This document shows positions 37,834 through 49,700 of a stretch of 64,000 bases of DNA, piece by piece. Location of the stretch: assembly GCA_048213135.1 (NCBI GenBank), contig PS015010.1:1798001-1862000 (forward strand), in the 5' to 3' direction. This DNA comes from Reclinomonas americana ATCC 50394. Lineage: Eukaryota. Every line of letters starts with the position of its first letter. Position 1 is the stretch's first letter. Both the position numbers and the translations under genes were made by a program. The notes beneath the pieces are model-generated. The model saw only the letters and a program-made list of their open reading frames with translations. It did no database searches and had not been told where the DNA came from.

Positions 37834-40800
37834 CTATTGTTTGACAAAACGCAGTACAGACGACCGGCCTTCGGCAGTGATGCCATACAGGCTGTAAGTT
37901 CCTGAATGAAGTTCCGGGAGGTATATATCTGTAGTGCTGAACCCGGCACCCAGGTTAACAGCATCGCGTTTTACTATCCTGCCCTGCATATCAATGATGA
38001 CCAGTTCCATCTTCACCGCAGCGGCCGATGTGGCATTCAGTTTAAGATGGTCGTTCACCACAGGGTTGGGGGCTATACTCACCAGGTCGAAGCCTTTTAC
38101 TGCATTCAGTAGCGCGACAATACCTGTGTAAGTGATCTTACCGTTGGCATCCGTCATTTTCACGCGGTAATAATTCATACCCGGCATGGGTTGCGCATCG
38201 GCATAATCAAAAGGCTGGTTACAACGTGCGGCGGTCGCCTGTACACTGTACAACGGCGTAAACGCTCCTGAAGCAGAGCTGCTGCGTTCAAGCGTTACCG
38301 TTACTTCAGGCGTGGAATTGCAGGTCAGTTTCCAGTTCAGCAGGTGAACACTTCCCTGCCTGCTGCCTTTGAAATAATTGACTTCCACCGGCAATACCCA
38401 GCGGAGGTTGGTGTGTACATAAAAACCGGAGAAGCCCGTAACATCAAAACTCACTTCCCAGTAATTCCCGTTCCATACAATGTCCGCGTCTGCCGGGTTA
38501 ATGAGTTCTCCCGTTCCGGTGTACTGGTTGGGTGATGATGGAGAAGTATTCGCGGTGCCGTGATACTGCGTTACCCGCAGGTTGCTCCTGTTGGGATCGC
38601 TGTTGCCCCCGCCGGCCACTGTAGGCAGGTCGGGCCAGGAAGCATTGTTTGCATTGAACGTCACAAACTCCGCGTTAGTAAAATAAAGGGTCACCTTTGC
38701 TGTAGAGGTGGTAGCATTGGTGACCGGTTCAATATCAAAATGTCTTTGCACGTATGGTTCCGCGTTATACGTGGGCATAGTGGCAGGATCGATGTACACG
38801 CAGGTGTTCACAGACCCGCTTACGGGGCTGGCGCCGGAGGGTTGTACTTTCGCGATCAGGCTGCAGGTGTTTGTCCTGAAAGTGGTGGCCCCTGAAATAT
38901 CCCTGCTGTTGCAAACGGTGGTTGATACTGCACCTGCCAGCGTGGTAACAGCTGTGGCCCCGTTGAATTCATCGGCTCCTATATCCGGTGTTGTGGCGTT
39001 TCTCGTGCTTCCGTCGATATCGGCAGTATAACCACTGACAGGCGTTCCTTTTCCTTCTATCTCGCAGTTGAGTGCAGCCACAAGGTGCAGGTCGGTAGCG
39101 GATGTAAAGTCAGGCATGGCACTGATAGAATTTACGTCCCTTGTACTTACCCGGGCTTTAAAGGCTGTGATCGTCTGGTCGCTGTTGGTACCGTCATCAA
39201 ATATCAGTTTTGCCGCACCAGGCGTACCGCTGTAATACAGGTTATAGTTTGATGTGGAGGCGTAATTGTTGAGTGTGGCATCGGAACGGCGGAACGCGAC
39301 GGTTTTACCGGTGCCGTTGGGCGTTGAGGTATTGACAAAAATATTATCGATCATGTCCAGCGCAGCCGTTGTCGCTGTTGCACTGGTACTGTCGAATACC
39401 GCTGACGTACCGAAGTCGGTTGCAGATGACGTGGCATTGAGGTAAACGGAATTGTAATACAACTTATAATTGGTCGTCGCTGCTTTGGAAAGCACACTGA
39501 TGCCGCGTAACACATCTGCTCCGCCCAAAGAAGGTGCCGTAAGATTAGCTATAAAATTATTTGCCGCGGTAACACTGGTACCTGACTGTATCTGTAAACC
39601 GTGCACCCTCGGGGATGTGGCCGTACCCGAAGCGGTATTCGTGAGTGTATGAATCTGGTTGTTTGTTATCAATGCCGTACCTCCTCCCTTCAGGATGAGG
39701 CCACTGCTGACGCCTGTGCCGGCGCTGCTGATATCCGAAATGGTATTCCCGGAAAAGGTCGCTGATGTACCGCTGATATCAATACCCACAGCTTCCGTTC
39801 CGTTGGTTGCAGAAGTTTTGATATTGCTGATGATGTTGTTCTGTACCGTGACGCTGGTGAGTTGTGTGCCGCCGATAATAGCTGTGGCATTACCGGCCCC
39901 CGTAGCTTCCAGGCCGGAGATGGTATTGCCGTTAAGCGTATAGGTACCTGCTGCACTGATCGTTTCAACACATATACCAAATGTCACCGGCGCTTTGATA
40001 TTACTGATGGTATTGTTGGAGCAGGTAATGTTCGTGCCTTTCCAGCTGTACATAACAGCCGCCAGCCCGCCTTCGAGGGTAATGTTGCTGAAGGTATTGC
40101 CGGTAATGGTTTTAGTGGGGCCATTGGTAACACTTACCCCCTGCTGTTCGCACCAGCCAAACAAAGGCGGGCTGCCTACCAGGTAAACGTTGGAAAAGTT
40201 ATTCCCGGTTTCTGTTACAGTTGAACCACTTACTGCTCCGCCATCGGCATACATGAAAAATACCTGTCCGCCTGTCAATGTTTTGTTGTAGGTACCTACA
40301 ATACGATTGTCGTTGCAGGTATAGCTGGCGCCTGAAGCCATAGCTCCCGACTGGCGGATAAAATAAATAAAGCCGCCGGACCTGCTTACGATGTTGGTGA
40401 AGGTATTATTGCTTATGGTTTGTGAAGCGCCGATGGCATTGTTCCAGATGAAGAGCTGGGCACCAGAAGATACAGGCGTATTGATACCTGTAATATCGTT
40501 ACCCGATATCTCAATGACAGCCGCAGCGGATGTTCCTCCATTGTATATACCGCGGATCTGTCCGCCCTGTGCCGCAGAACAGGTAATCCAGGTGCCCGTT
40601 AAGGAACCAACCTGGTTATTTTTCATATTCACTGCGCCAGCAGAACTTAAATTAGCGATTCCTACCAGCAGTGAAGCGCTGGCACAACTGAACTTATCCA
40701 GGCTGTTATTGTTCATGTTGATGACCGTAGTGCTGAATGAGGTTTCGTTTACGATGCCGTACGTATTTCCCATTGCTCCCGTCATGCTGAATAACCCCGA

Positions 40801-42084
40801 TGCTGCAGTGCCCAACTGGTTATTGCTGATCGTAACGGTATTGAATACAAAGCCTGCATTATCGATCGCGGCAAAAAAACCGGCCCCGGCTCCTGAGAAT
40901 CCTTTTAATATATTACCGGTGACCAGGAATGCGTCGCAGGACACACCATTATAAATACCGTATATGGAACCCGATGGTGATGCCGCTGTCAGGCTGCAGT
41001 TCTGTATGGTATTATTGGTAACGCTGATCGTTAAAGACCCGGAAGTACTCCCTACTGTGTATATACCATACAAATTAGCCGTAGCTGAAGCCTGGGTGAG
41101 CGTGATGGTATTATTGCTGTATTGGGCGGTGTACGAAGCCGTAGGTCCTCCTGTAGGCGTCGCTCTTGCTATGCCTATGATATGCGAGGTCTGGTTCACC
41201 GACGCACTGGTGAGGGTATTCCAGGATACATTTTCAAAATTCTGGTGATATACCGTAATGCCTGACATGTAGGCCGGTGCATTAATAAATGCCGATTGCA
41301 CTAAACCATTGCCCCAGTTGGTAAGCGTATTGCCATCCGATGAAACACTTCCGCCGATATCATTGCCCGTGTCCATGGTTCCTGATGAGCCGCTGCCATT
41401 AAAATAGATGGGATAGTTCACATTGCTGATAGTGTTGGCATATATTTTATTATTGGAATTGGCCCCGTCGGTAGTGGTAGGATTCTCGGCCGTATTGATT
41501 GCGGAAGCGCTGTGCCGGGCATTGCTGTATACACCGAAAGAGTTTAGGTAGGTTCTGTCCATGGTGATCGTATTGCCCTGGATGGTATTGTTCTGTGCGC
41601 CGTCGGTTACACTGACATGCAGCAGGGCAATGCCCCATTCCGTCATGGTATTGCTGGCTTCAACCGTCACCGTATTCCCGCCGTTCTCCTGTATGGTGAA
41701 ACCTGTAATGGTGATCCAGTCGGCACCGATCAATTTGATGATGGCATCATTTACATTACCGGCTGCTTGAGGACTGAAAGCCGTAATGCTGTTGCTGTTG
41801 CCTTGTATCCTGACCGTTTTGGTACTGCTGGTAACACCTCCGCCGCTGAGTATAGCCGATCCCGTACCACCGATGACATAGCCACCTGCCGGCGCGGTTT
41901 GCGGATTGCCGGCCACGACATTAAAAATAACACCGCCTGCGCCGACACCCGAAGTGTTCAGCGCTGTAATGGCCGCCTGGAGTGTAGCATAATCGCCGGG
42001 AATATTCTTTGTCCCTGTAAGCTGGGAAAAAGAACGGTTCAGAAAACTCAGGCAGAGAAATAAAAATAAACCGGTCCTTCTCAT
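37834..42084 (-). CDS. T9SS-secreted parallel beta-helix protein, paralog 1 (1416 aa)
   Basis: Signal peptide, NNTI/GN repeats, PDIGADE, IAPNPV..GTYSLY..RFVKQ CTD. Confidence 0.9.
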   Translation of the reverse strand: MRRTGLFLFLCLSFLNRSFSQLTGTKNIPGDYATLQAAITALNTSGVGAGGVIFNVVAGNPQTAPAGGYVIGGTGSAILSGGGVTSSTKTVRIQGNSNSITAFSPQAAGNVNDAIIKLIGADWITITGFTIQENGGNTVTVEASNTMTEWGIALLHVSVTDGAQNNTIQGNTITMDRTYLNSFGVYSNARHSASAINTAENPTTTDGANSNNKIYANTISNVNYPIYFNGSGSSGTMDTGNDIGGSVSSDGNTLTNWGNGLVQSAFINAPAYMSGITVYHQNFENVSWNTLTSASVNQTSHIIGIARATPTGGPTASYTAQYSNNTITLTQASATANLYGIYTVGSTSGSLTISVTNNTIQNCSLTAASPSGSIYGIYNGVSCDAFLVTGNILKGFSGAGAGFFAAIDNAGFVFNTVTISNNQLGTAASGLFSMTGAMGNTYGIVNETSFSTTVINMNNNSLDKFSCASASLLVGIANLSSAGAVNMKNNQVGSLTGTWITCSAAQGGQIRGIYNGGTSAAAVIEISGNDITGINTPVSSGAQLFIWNNAIGASQTISNNTFTNIVSRSGGFIYFIRQSGAMASGASYTCNDNRIVGTYNKTLTGGQVFFMYADGGAVSGSTVTETGNNFSNVYLVGSPPLFGWCEQQGVSVTNGPTKTITGNTFSNITLEGGLAAVMYSWKGTNITCSNNTISNIKAPVTFGICVETISAAGTYTLNGNTISGLEATGAGNATAIIGGTQLTSVTVQNNIISNIKTSATNGTEAVGIDISGTSATFSGNTISDISSAGTGVSSGLILKGGGTALITNNQIHTLTNTASGTATSPRVHGLQIQSGTSVTAANNFIANLTAPSLGGADVLRGISVLSKAATTNYKLYYNSVYLNATSSATDFGTSAVFDSTSATATTAALDMIDNIFVNTSTPNGTGKTVAFRRSDATLNNYASTSNYNLYYSGTPGAAKLIFDDGTNSDQTITAFKARVSTRDVNSISAMPDFTSATDLHLVAALNCEIEGKGTPVSGYTADIDGSTRNATTPDIGADEFNGATAVTTLAGAVSTTVCNSRDISGATTFRTNTCSLIAKVQPSGASPVSGSVNTCVYIDPATMPTYNAEPYVQRHFDIEPVTNATTSTAKVTLYFTNAEFVTFNANNASWPDLPTVAGGGNSDPNRSNLRVTQYHGTANTSPSSPNQYTGTGELINPADADIVWNGNYWEVSFDVTGFSGFYVHTNLRWVLPVEVNYFKGSRQGSVHLLNWKLTCNSTPEVTVTLERSSSASGAFTPLYSVQATAARCNQPFDYADAQPMPGMNYYRVKMTDANGKITYTGIVALLNAVKGFDLVSIAPNPVVNDHLKLNATSAAAVKMELVIIDMQGRIVKRDAVNLGAGFSTTDIYLPELHSGTYSLYGITAEGRSSVLRFVKQ

Positions 42085-42273
42085 TGTTTACAATCAATCA
42101 GTGAATGCAGGACATTCATTGACAAAATGGTTAGATGATGCTCTAAATTACCTACGATGAGGAGGTTACACGGCCGCCAGTCTATCAATACCGTCCGCGA
42201 GTAGACGAACAGCGTTCCCCGGTATGTGGAACAGCGGGGGATTCCGGTTTTTCCGGCTTCGCAATAATAAGGA

Positions 42274-45200
42274 TCAGCGTTTGATAAATTTAAGTACCGA
42301 TGAGCGGCCGTCGGCACTTACTCCATACAGGCTGTACATGCCGGATGGCAATGAGGATACATCGGTAGTGCTTATTGTATAACCGGCAATAAGCCGCACC
42401 TGTTCCCGCTTCACGGGCCTGCCCTGCATATCCAGTATCACCAGTTGCATGGTTACCGGCTGTGCCGATGTGGTGTTAAAGACAAGCTGGTTGTTCACTA
42501 CCGGGTTGGGTGTAATGCTCACAATGTCGAAGCCTTTCACGGCATTCAGTAATGGCACTATACTGCTGCAGGTAACCCTGCCGTTGGCGTCTGACATCTT
42601 CACCCGGTAATAATTCATACCCGGCAAAGGTTGTACATCTGTATAATCAAAAGGCTGGTTGCACCGGGTTGTGGTAGTCTGCAAACTGTAGACCGGTACA
42701 AATGATCCGGTGGCGCTGCTGCTGCGTTCAAGCGTAACCGTTACTAAAGGCGACGCGTTGCAGGTCAATTTCCAGTTGAGAAGATGCACATTACCCTGCC
42801 TGCTGCCTTTAAAGTAATTCACTTCAATGGGCAGCACCCAGCGCAGGTTGGTATGTACATAAAAACCGGAGAAACCACCGGTAACATCGAACGTAACGCC
42901 CCAGTAGCTGCCGCTCCATTGTATATTGAAATCATCGGGGTTGATGAATTCCGCCGTACCGGCGCTGTACTGGTTGGGAGAAGAAGGACTGGTAAGCGGT
43001 GTACCGTGGTACTGGCTGATGCGCAGGTTGGCGATATTGGGATCTGCGCTGCCACCCCCCGCCAGTGTTGGCAGGTCGGGCCAGGAAGCATTATTGGCAT
43101 TAAAGTTTACAAAGTCTGCGTCGTTGAAATACAGGGTAACGCGGCCTGTTGCTGTTGAGGCATTAACAGCTGGTTCTATATCAAAATGCCGCTGCACATA
43201 GGGTTCTGCATTGTAAACGGGCACTACCGTGGGATCGATGTACACGCAGGTGTTCACATACCCGCTGACCGGGCTGGCGCCGGCAGGTACCACCCTGGCG
43301 ATGAGTTCGCAGTCGCTGTTGGTGAAATCGGAGCCGGAAGGATGAAGCGTACGGGCATCGCAGATGGTACTGCCTGTAACACCCGCCAGCACATTGGAAG
43401 GTACCGTTGTGAATTCATCCGCTCCAATATCCGGCGTTGTGGCATCCCTGATGAATCCATCAATATCTGTAGTGATCCCCGGGATAGGTATACCCTTCCT
43501 GTCGATCTTGCAATTCACATTGGACAAGAGATGCAGATCGGTTGCTGATACAAATACCGGCATTTCGCTGATTGAGTACGCATCTCTTGCGGCTACCCTC
43601 GCCTGGTAGTCCGCCAGTGTTTGATCGGCATTGGTCCCGTCATTGAAGATCAGCCTTGAAGCGCCGGGTGTTCCCGCGTAAAATAAATTATGATCCGATG
43701 AGGAAGTATAATTATCCAGGTCGGTCGCCGAACGCCTGAAAGCCGTTGTCATTCCGGTGCCTGCGGGTGTGGAAGTATTTACAAAAATATTGTTGATCAT
43801 CGTCAGCGCCGCTTTTGTTGGGGTTGAATAGGCGCTGTCGAATACGGCTGTGGTACCGAAGTCCGTACCGGAAGAAGACGCGTTGATGTAAACGGAATTG
43901 TAATAGAGATAGTAATTTCCTGAAGATGCAGCCGATGTTATACTGATACCCCGCACCACATCCGTGCCACTTACCGAGGGTGCAGTCAACGCTGCGATAA
44001 AGTTGCTATACGCGGCTACAGCCTGGCCGTTCAGTATCAGCAATCCATGCACCAGTGGTACGGTACTGCTGCCTGTATACGTATGCGTAATTCCCGATAT
44101 CTTATTACGGAATACGGTAACAGAACTGCCGCCGCTCACCGAGATACCAGAACTCACTCCTGTAGCGGTCGCACAACTGATACTGGTAATATTGTTACGT
44201 GAAATAAAAGTTGCGCTTCCACCAAAGCTGATACCTGTAGCGTCGCCTGCACTGACAGTAGCGGCCAGGTTGCTGATCGTATTATTGGCGATGCTGACAT
44301 TGGCCTGGCTTGCACCTCCCCTGATCGCTGTAACTTCTGACCCGGCCCCGGTACATCCCAATCCTGATATGGCGTTATTGCTGATCGTATAAGTACCGCC
44401 TGAGCCAGCGATGCTCACATGAATACCATAGACACTCCCTGCTGCGCTGATCGAACTGATGGTGTTACCGGAGCAGTTGGTACTGGTTCCTTTCGACAGA
44501 AAGATTGCTGAAAGAATACCGGTTCCGCTTACTGTGATATTGCTGAATGTATTACCGGTGATCGTTTTAACAGGGCCAATGATTTCACTTGTACCCTGCT
44601 CTTCATCCCAGCCGGTAAGTGCTGTATTGCCGGTAAGGGTTACATTCGAAAAATTATTTCCTGTTTGGGTAATGGTTGTACTACCCGCTGCATTGCCGGT
44701 CGATTGCAGGAAATAAACCTGTCCCCCTGCCAATGTTTTCGAATATGTACCAACGATGCTGTTGTTACTGCAGGTAAAACTTCCTCCCGCCAGCATATCA
44801 CCCAGCTGCCGGATGAAATAAACATTACCCGTACACCTGCTTACGATATTGCTGAAAGTATTGTTGCTGATATTCTGTGATGTTCCGGCGGCCCCGTTCC
44901 AGATGAAACGATGCTGTACACCGGATACGGTATTCACTACGCCGCGTATATCATTCCCGGAAATATCGATGGCGCAGGTGGAAAGCGAGGAGCCGTTAAA
45001 GATGGCATAGAAAGGGCCGGTGGTTGCCGATGTAAACGTAATGGTGGTACCGGTTACTGTACCAAATCGATTGTTATTGACATTGACAGCATTGGCCGTG
45101 GGGGCATTGTTACGGATCAGTAAAGGGCCAGTACTGCTGGCGCAGGAAATACCATCGATACTGTTGTTATTGATATTGATCAATGCAAAAGGCCCGGAAA

Positions 45201-46578
45201 CAGTATTATAGATAGCGGACAGGTTGCCGATGCCGCCTGCCGCCGTTGATGTGACCATACCACTGCCGGTAACACCCAACTGGTTATTGCTGATGGTGAT
45301 GGCATCCGACACGGTACCTGAATTATATATCCCGTAAAAACTACCTGCGCTCAATACAGAAGTGAAATTCCCCTTTATGATATTACCGGTGATGGTCAAC
45401 GTACCGCAGGCCATACCTGCAGCGATCATATAACCATCTGCCGCGGAACTCACGCCGGTCATGCTGCAATTCCAGATGGTATTATTGGTAATACTGACAG
45501 TTACGTTATTCACCAGCGCCGCTGAATAAGTCTGTATCCCAGCAATGACGGCGGTTATAGCTCCTGATCCCTGTAAAACAGTTATGCTGTTGTTATCGTA
45601 GGTACTGGTATGTGTTCCGGAAGCCGGTCCATTATTGAAGAAGTCGTACTTGATTATTCCAGCAATACCATTATCGTTGGAAACGGATGCGCTGGTAATA
45701 CTGTTCCACGACACATTTTCATCCTGCTGGTTCAGCATGCCAATACCACGGCTGCCGGTGTTATAAAATGCATCAACGAAGTCCTGCTGCGGCTCCAGGT
45801 ATCCCCAGTTGGAAATAACATTACCGGTTGAAGAAGAACTGCCGCCGATATCATTACCTGCATCATAATAATCAGGTGTAATGGAACCATTGAAAAGCAC
45901 AGGATAGTTTACGTTAGAAATGGTATTGCCATATATTTTGTTATTTGAGTTGGCTCCCGCTGCATTGCTGATCTCTTCCTGCACATCAATCACTTCCATG
46001 GTATGCCTGGCGTTACTGTAAATGCCAAAAGAGTTGCGGTACAGCCGTTCCATAGTAATGGTGTTGCCCTGTATGGTATTGTGCTGTGCTCCGTCTGATG
46101 GTGTGACATGAAATAAACCGATGGCCCACTCGGTCATATTGTTCGACGTTGACGGTGTAAACACCGTATTGCCACTGTTCTCCTGTAAGGTAAACCCCCT
46201 GATCGTGATCCAGTCGGCACCTATCAATTTGATAATAGCGTCGTTGCCATTACCGGCAGCCTGTGGCGAAAAAGCGGTAATGGTATTGCCGTTGCCCTGT
46301 ATCGTTACCGTCTTTGTACTGCTGGTGACCCCGGCGCCGCTTAAAATAGCGGAACCGGTATTGCCGATCACATACCCGCCTGCGGGGGCTGTTTGCGGGT
46401 TGCCTGCTAATACATTCAATACAACTCCCCCGGCGCCTGCGCCCACATTGTTGAGGTCGGTTATCGCCGCGGCGAGCGAAATATAATCACCGGGAATATT
46501 TTTAATACCGGTCAGCTGACCGTGGGATACAGTGGTCAAAAAGATACAGGTGAAAAACAGGATACAGCCCCTTTTCAT
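42274..46578 (-). CDS. T9SS-secreted parallel beta-helix protein, paralog 2 (1434 aa)
   Basis: Same architecture and shared termini as paralog 1. Confidence 0.9.
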   Translation of the reverse strand: MKRGCILFFTCIFLTTVSHGQLTGIKNIPGDYISLAAAITDLNNVGAGAGGVVLNVLAGNPQTAPAGGYVIGNTGSAILSGAGVTSSTKTVTIQGNGNTITAFSPQAAGNGNDAIIKLIGADWITIRGFTLQENSGNTVFTPSTSNNMTEWAIGLFHVTPSDGAQHNTIQGNTITMERLYRNSFGIYSNARHTMEVIDVQEEISNAAGANSNNKIYGNTISNVNYPVLFNGSITPDYYDAGNDIGGSSSSTGNVISNWGYLEPQQDFVDAFYNTGSRGIGMLNQQDENVSWNSITSASVSNDNGIAGIIKYDFFNNGPASGTHTSTYDNNSITVLQGSGAITAVIAGIQTYSAALVNNVTVSITNNTIWNCSMTGVSSAADGYMIAAGMACGTLTITGNIIKGNFTSVLSAGSFYGIYNSGTVSDAITISNNQLGVTGSGMVTSTAAGGIGNLSAIYNTVSGPFALININNNSIDGISCASSTGPLLIRNNAPTANAVNVNNNRFGTVTGTTITFTSATTGPFYAIFNGSSLSTCAIDISGNDIRGVVNTVSGVQHRFIWNGAAGTSQNISNNTFSNIVSRCTGNVYFIRQLGDMLAGGSFTCSNNSIVGTYSKTLAGGQVYFLQSTGNAAGSTTITQTGNNFSNVTLTGNTALTGWDEEQGTSEIIGPVKTITGNTFSNITVSGTGILSAIFLSKGTSTNCSGNTISSISAAGSVYGIHVSIAGSGGTYTISNNAISGLGCTGAGSEVTAIRGGASQANVSIANNTISNLAATVSAGDATGISFGGSATFISRNNITSISCATATGVSSGISVSGGSSVTVFRNKISGITHTYTGSSTVPLVHGLLILNGQAVAAYSNFIAALTAPSVSGTDVVRGISITSAASSGNYYLYYNSVYINASSSGTDFGTTAVFDSAYSTPTKAALTMINNIFVNTSTPAGTGMTTAFRRSATDLDNYTSSSDHNLFYAGTPGASRLIFNDGTNADQTLADYQARVAARDAYSISEMPVFVSATDLHLLSNVNCKIDRKGIPIPGITTDIDGFIRDATTPDIGADEFTTVPSNVLAGVTGSTICDARTLHPSGSDFTNSDCELIARVVPAGASPVSGYVNTCVYIDPTVVPVYNAEPYVQRHFDIEPAVNASTATGRVTLYFNDADFVNFNANNASWPDLPTLAGGGSADPNIANLRISQYHGTPLTSPSSPNQYSAGTAEFINPDDFNIQWSGSYWGVTFDVTGGFSGFYVHTNLRWVLPIEVNYFKGSRQGNVHLLNWKLTCNASPLVTVTLERSSSATGSFVPVYSLQTTTTRCNQPFDYTDVQPLPGMNYYRVKMSDANGRVTCSSIVPLLNAVKGFDIVSITPNPVVNNQLVFNTTSAQPVTMQLVILDMQGRPVKREQVRLIAGYTISTTDVSSLPSGMYSLYGVSADGRSSVLKFIKR

Positions 46579-46687
46579 AGTATACAGTTGAACGGTAACG
46601 CTGAACGATACCGGTGGAATGAGATTAGGATTAATGCTAAAGCACCTCTAAGTTATGGTATTAATTTCTAATACCATTCCCGCCTGT

Positions 46688-46718
46688 AAAAAGGCCCCGC
46701 CGTAGTGGCAGGGCCTAT
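46688..46718 (-). terminator. Terminator of the 2223-aa gene
   Basis: AGGCCCCGCC/GGCAGGGCCT stem with T-run. Confidence 0.7.
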
Positions 46719-46745
46719 AGTTATGGATTGCTTGGTTTTTGGTAT

Positions 46746-49700
46746 TTATTGTTTAACAAAACGCAGTACCGATGAGCGTCCGTCGGCGGTAATGCCATAG
46801 AGACTGTAAGTACCTGAATTAAGGTTGGCCACATTGATCTCTGTTGAACTGAAGCCTGCACCCAGGCTCACCTGTTCGCGCTGAACAATCCTGCCCTGCA
46901 TGTCAATGATCACCAGGTCCATTTTTGACGCCTGCGCCGCGGTGGCATTCAGTTTGAATGTGCTGCCCACTACCGGGTTCGGTGCGATGCTTACGATGTC
47001 GAAACCTTTGGTCGCATTGAGCAGCGCCACAATTCCGCTGTAAGTGATCTTACCATTGGCATCCACCATCTTCACGCGATAGTAGTTCATGCCCGGCAGC
47101 GGTTGTACATCAGTATAGTTGAACGGCTGATTGCAACGTGCGGCGGTGGCTTCCGTGCTGTAGATGGATGTGAACCCGCTGTTGGAACTGCTGCTGCGTT
47201 CCAGCGTGATCTTAACGGTAGGTGTGCTGTTGCAGGTCAGCTTCCAGTCCAGCAGGTGTGCACCACCCTGTTTGCTGCCGCGGAAGTAATTCACTTCAAT
47301 AGGCAGTACATAACGCAGGTTGGTGTGTACATAGAAACCCGAGAAGCCGGTTACATCAAAACTCACAGCCCAGTAGCTGCCGTTCCATACCACATCCGCG
47401 TCGGCTGGGTCAATCAGCACTGCAGTTCCTGTGCTGTATTGATTGGGTGATGAAGGACTGGTGAGCGGCGAACCATGGTACTGGCTCACCCTCAGGTTGG
47501 CAATATTAGGATCGGAGTTACCACCACCCGCTGCAGTTGGCAGGTCGGGCCATGCTGCGTTGTTGGCATTGAAAGTAGTGAATTCAGCATCGGTGAAATA
47601 CAACGTCACCCTTCCGGTTGATGTGGCCGGGTTGGTGGATGGCGTAATGTCAATATGCCTTTGAACGTATGGTTCCGCGTTATAAGTCGGCACTGTTGCA
47701 GGGTCAATGTATACACAGGCGTTTACTGTACCGCCAACCGCGCTTCCGCCCGAAGGTACTACAGTAGCGATAAGACCGCAGGCATTGCTGGTGAAATTGG
47801 TGGTGCCGTTCATAGTACGCGTATCGCATACAGTTGTGCTTACCACACCCGCCAGGGTTGTTGACAAAGTTGCGGTGATCTCATCGGCGCCGATATCCGG
47901 GGTAAGGGCATCGCGTGTTTGGTTATCGTAATCAACCGTAACACTCACTGGTGTAGCCCTGCCATCTATACCACAGTTGTTGGTGGGATCAAGATGGAGA
48001 TCGGTTGAAGAAATGAAGTTGGGCTGTACATTCACAGAATTGGCATCGCCACCGGAACTTGCCTGGAAGGTAGCCAGTGTCCTGTTATTTCCGGCAGCTG
48101 TACCCTGCCATTGCAGGAGATGGGCATTATTCACATTATACACCGCATTGTAATTGGATGCAGTGGATGACCATCCGCTTGCTGAAGCATTGGTATTGGC
48201 CATAGCCACATGGAAGCCCGTTCCTCCTGTGCGTATGTTGCTGAAGATATTGTTCCGCAAAGTAACGGTTCCGGTATTAAATCTTTCAAACGCGTAGGTA
48301 TTGTTGCTGCCCGCTGCGGTACCGTATACATGCACAGAGTTATAGTAATAGGTTGATGCCGCGGGAGATGCTGATTCATCCGATATCCCGAATATCTGTG
48401 CCTGGGTATTGGTAGATGAATTCAGGCTGATCATATTGTTGTAGTAGGAAGCGGAAGAACCTGATGCTGATATGATACCAAACACCAGGTCAGACAAGAC
48501 ACCCGTTGTTGGGCTCAGTGAACTGATGCCAGAGATATTATTTTTCTCTACTACTGTACCTGCTGATACACCCGAAAGTGCGATTCCCATAACCAGGTTA
48601 TTCAGGTCGACTGTAACATCTGTCGTTGGGTTACTGATATTTTGTATCGTATTTCCCCTGATAGTATGCACACCGGTCGCAGAAACAAACATGCCGAATG
48701 TTTCACTGTCAAAACCATTAAAGAAATCATCAGTGCCAAAATTGGTAAGGTTCATTACCGTATTTCCTATAATGGTGGCCGACCCGGCTCCGTCTACTTT
48801 AATACCATGATAGTACTGACCCTCCAGGGCGGCTGATGTACCGGTCATATTATTAATGGTATTATTGCTGATGTTACAGTTGGAAGAGCTGCTCACCCTA
48901 ATTCCATAGGAGTCTCCATTAATTTCAATCCGTTCCGCCACATTTGTTGAACCGATATAGTTGCCATTCACATTACCTATATTGGCCAGCCCGGCTGTGA
49001 GATAAATTCCATAGCTGGCTGTAGAACTGGCAAAAGTAGACCTGATGTTACGGATGACATTACCCTGCACGCTTGTGGCACTGGTTGTACCCACAGTAAG
49101 GCTGATACCACGGAACGTACTTATAGTAGCCAGGTTGGAGCCACCTGCAAAAGGTGCTGTACCACCGATATAGTTAGACAATACCTGGTGACCGCTGCCA
49201 CCGGCAATGGAAATAAAGTTCATGGCTGCAGACCTTGATGCCGTCTGGTAAATACTATTAGCACTTACCGACCAGCCGTCGCCTGCACCCGTAGCCGCAA
49301 CAGTGATGCCGCTGTTGGTAAAATTGAACAGGTTGGAATTGCTGATGGTGTTGTTCGCATTTAATATACCTGCTGTTCCTGAAGAGTAAACCAGGTTACC
49401 CGGGACACCGGTTGCATCCGAGCGGTCTCTTATGGTACAATTCGAAATCAGGTTATTGCTGTTACCTGATACGCCGGAAGCCGCAGTACCAAACACGATC
49501 ACACCGCTTGTAGTAGAGGTTACATTACCTTCTACGATCGTATTCATAATGGTATTAAAAGTAGCATCATTATTAAGCAGGAAGGTGTAACCAGAGGTAT
49601 TGGTATTCCTGATGGTCATGTCCTTGCTGGTGGTGCCGTTGTTTGAACCGTCAAATGTTACATAGTCGGCCCCGTTCAGGTTGATGAGGCCGCCGCTTGC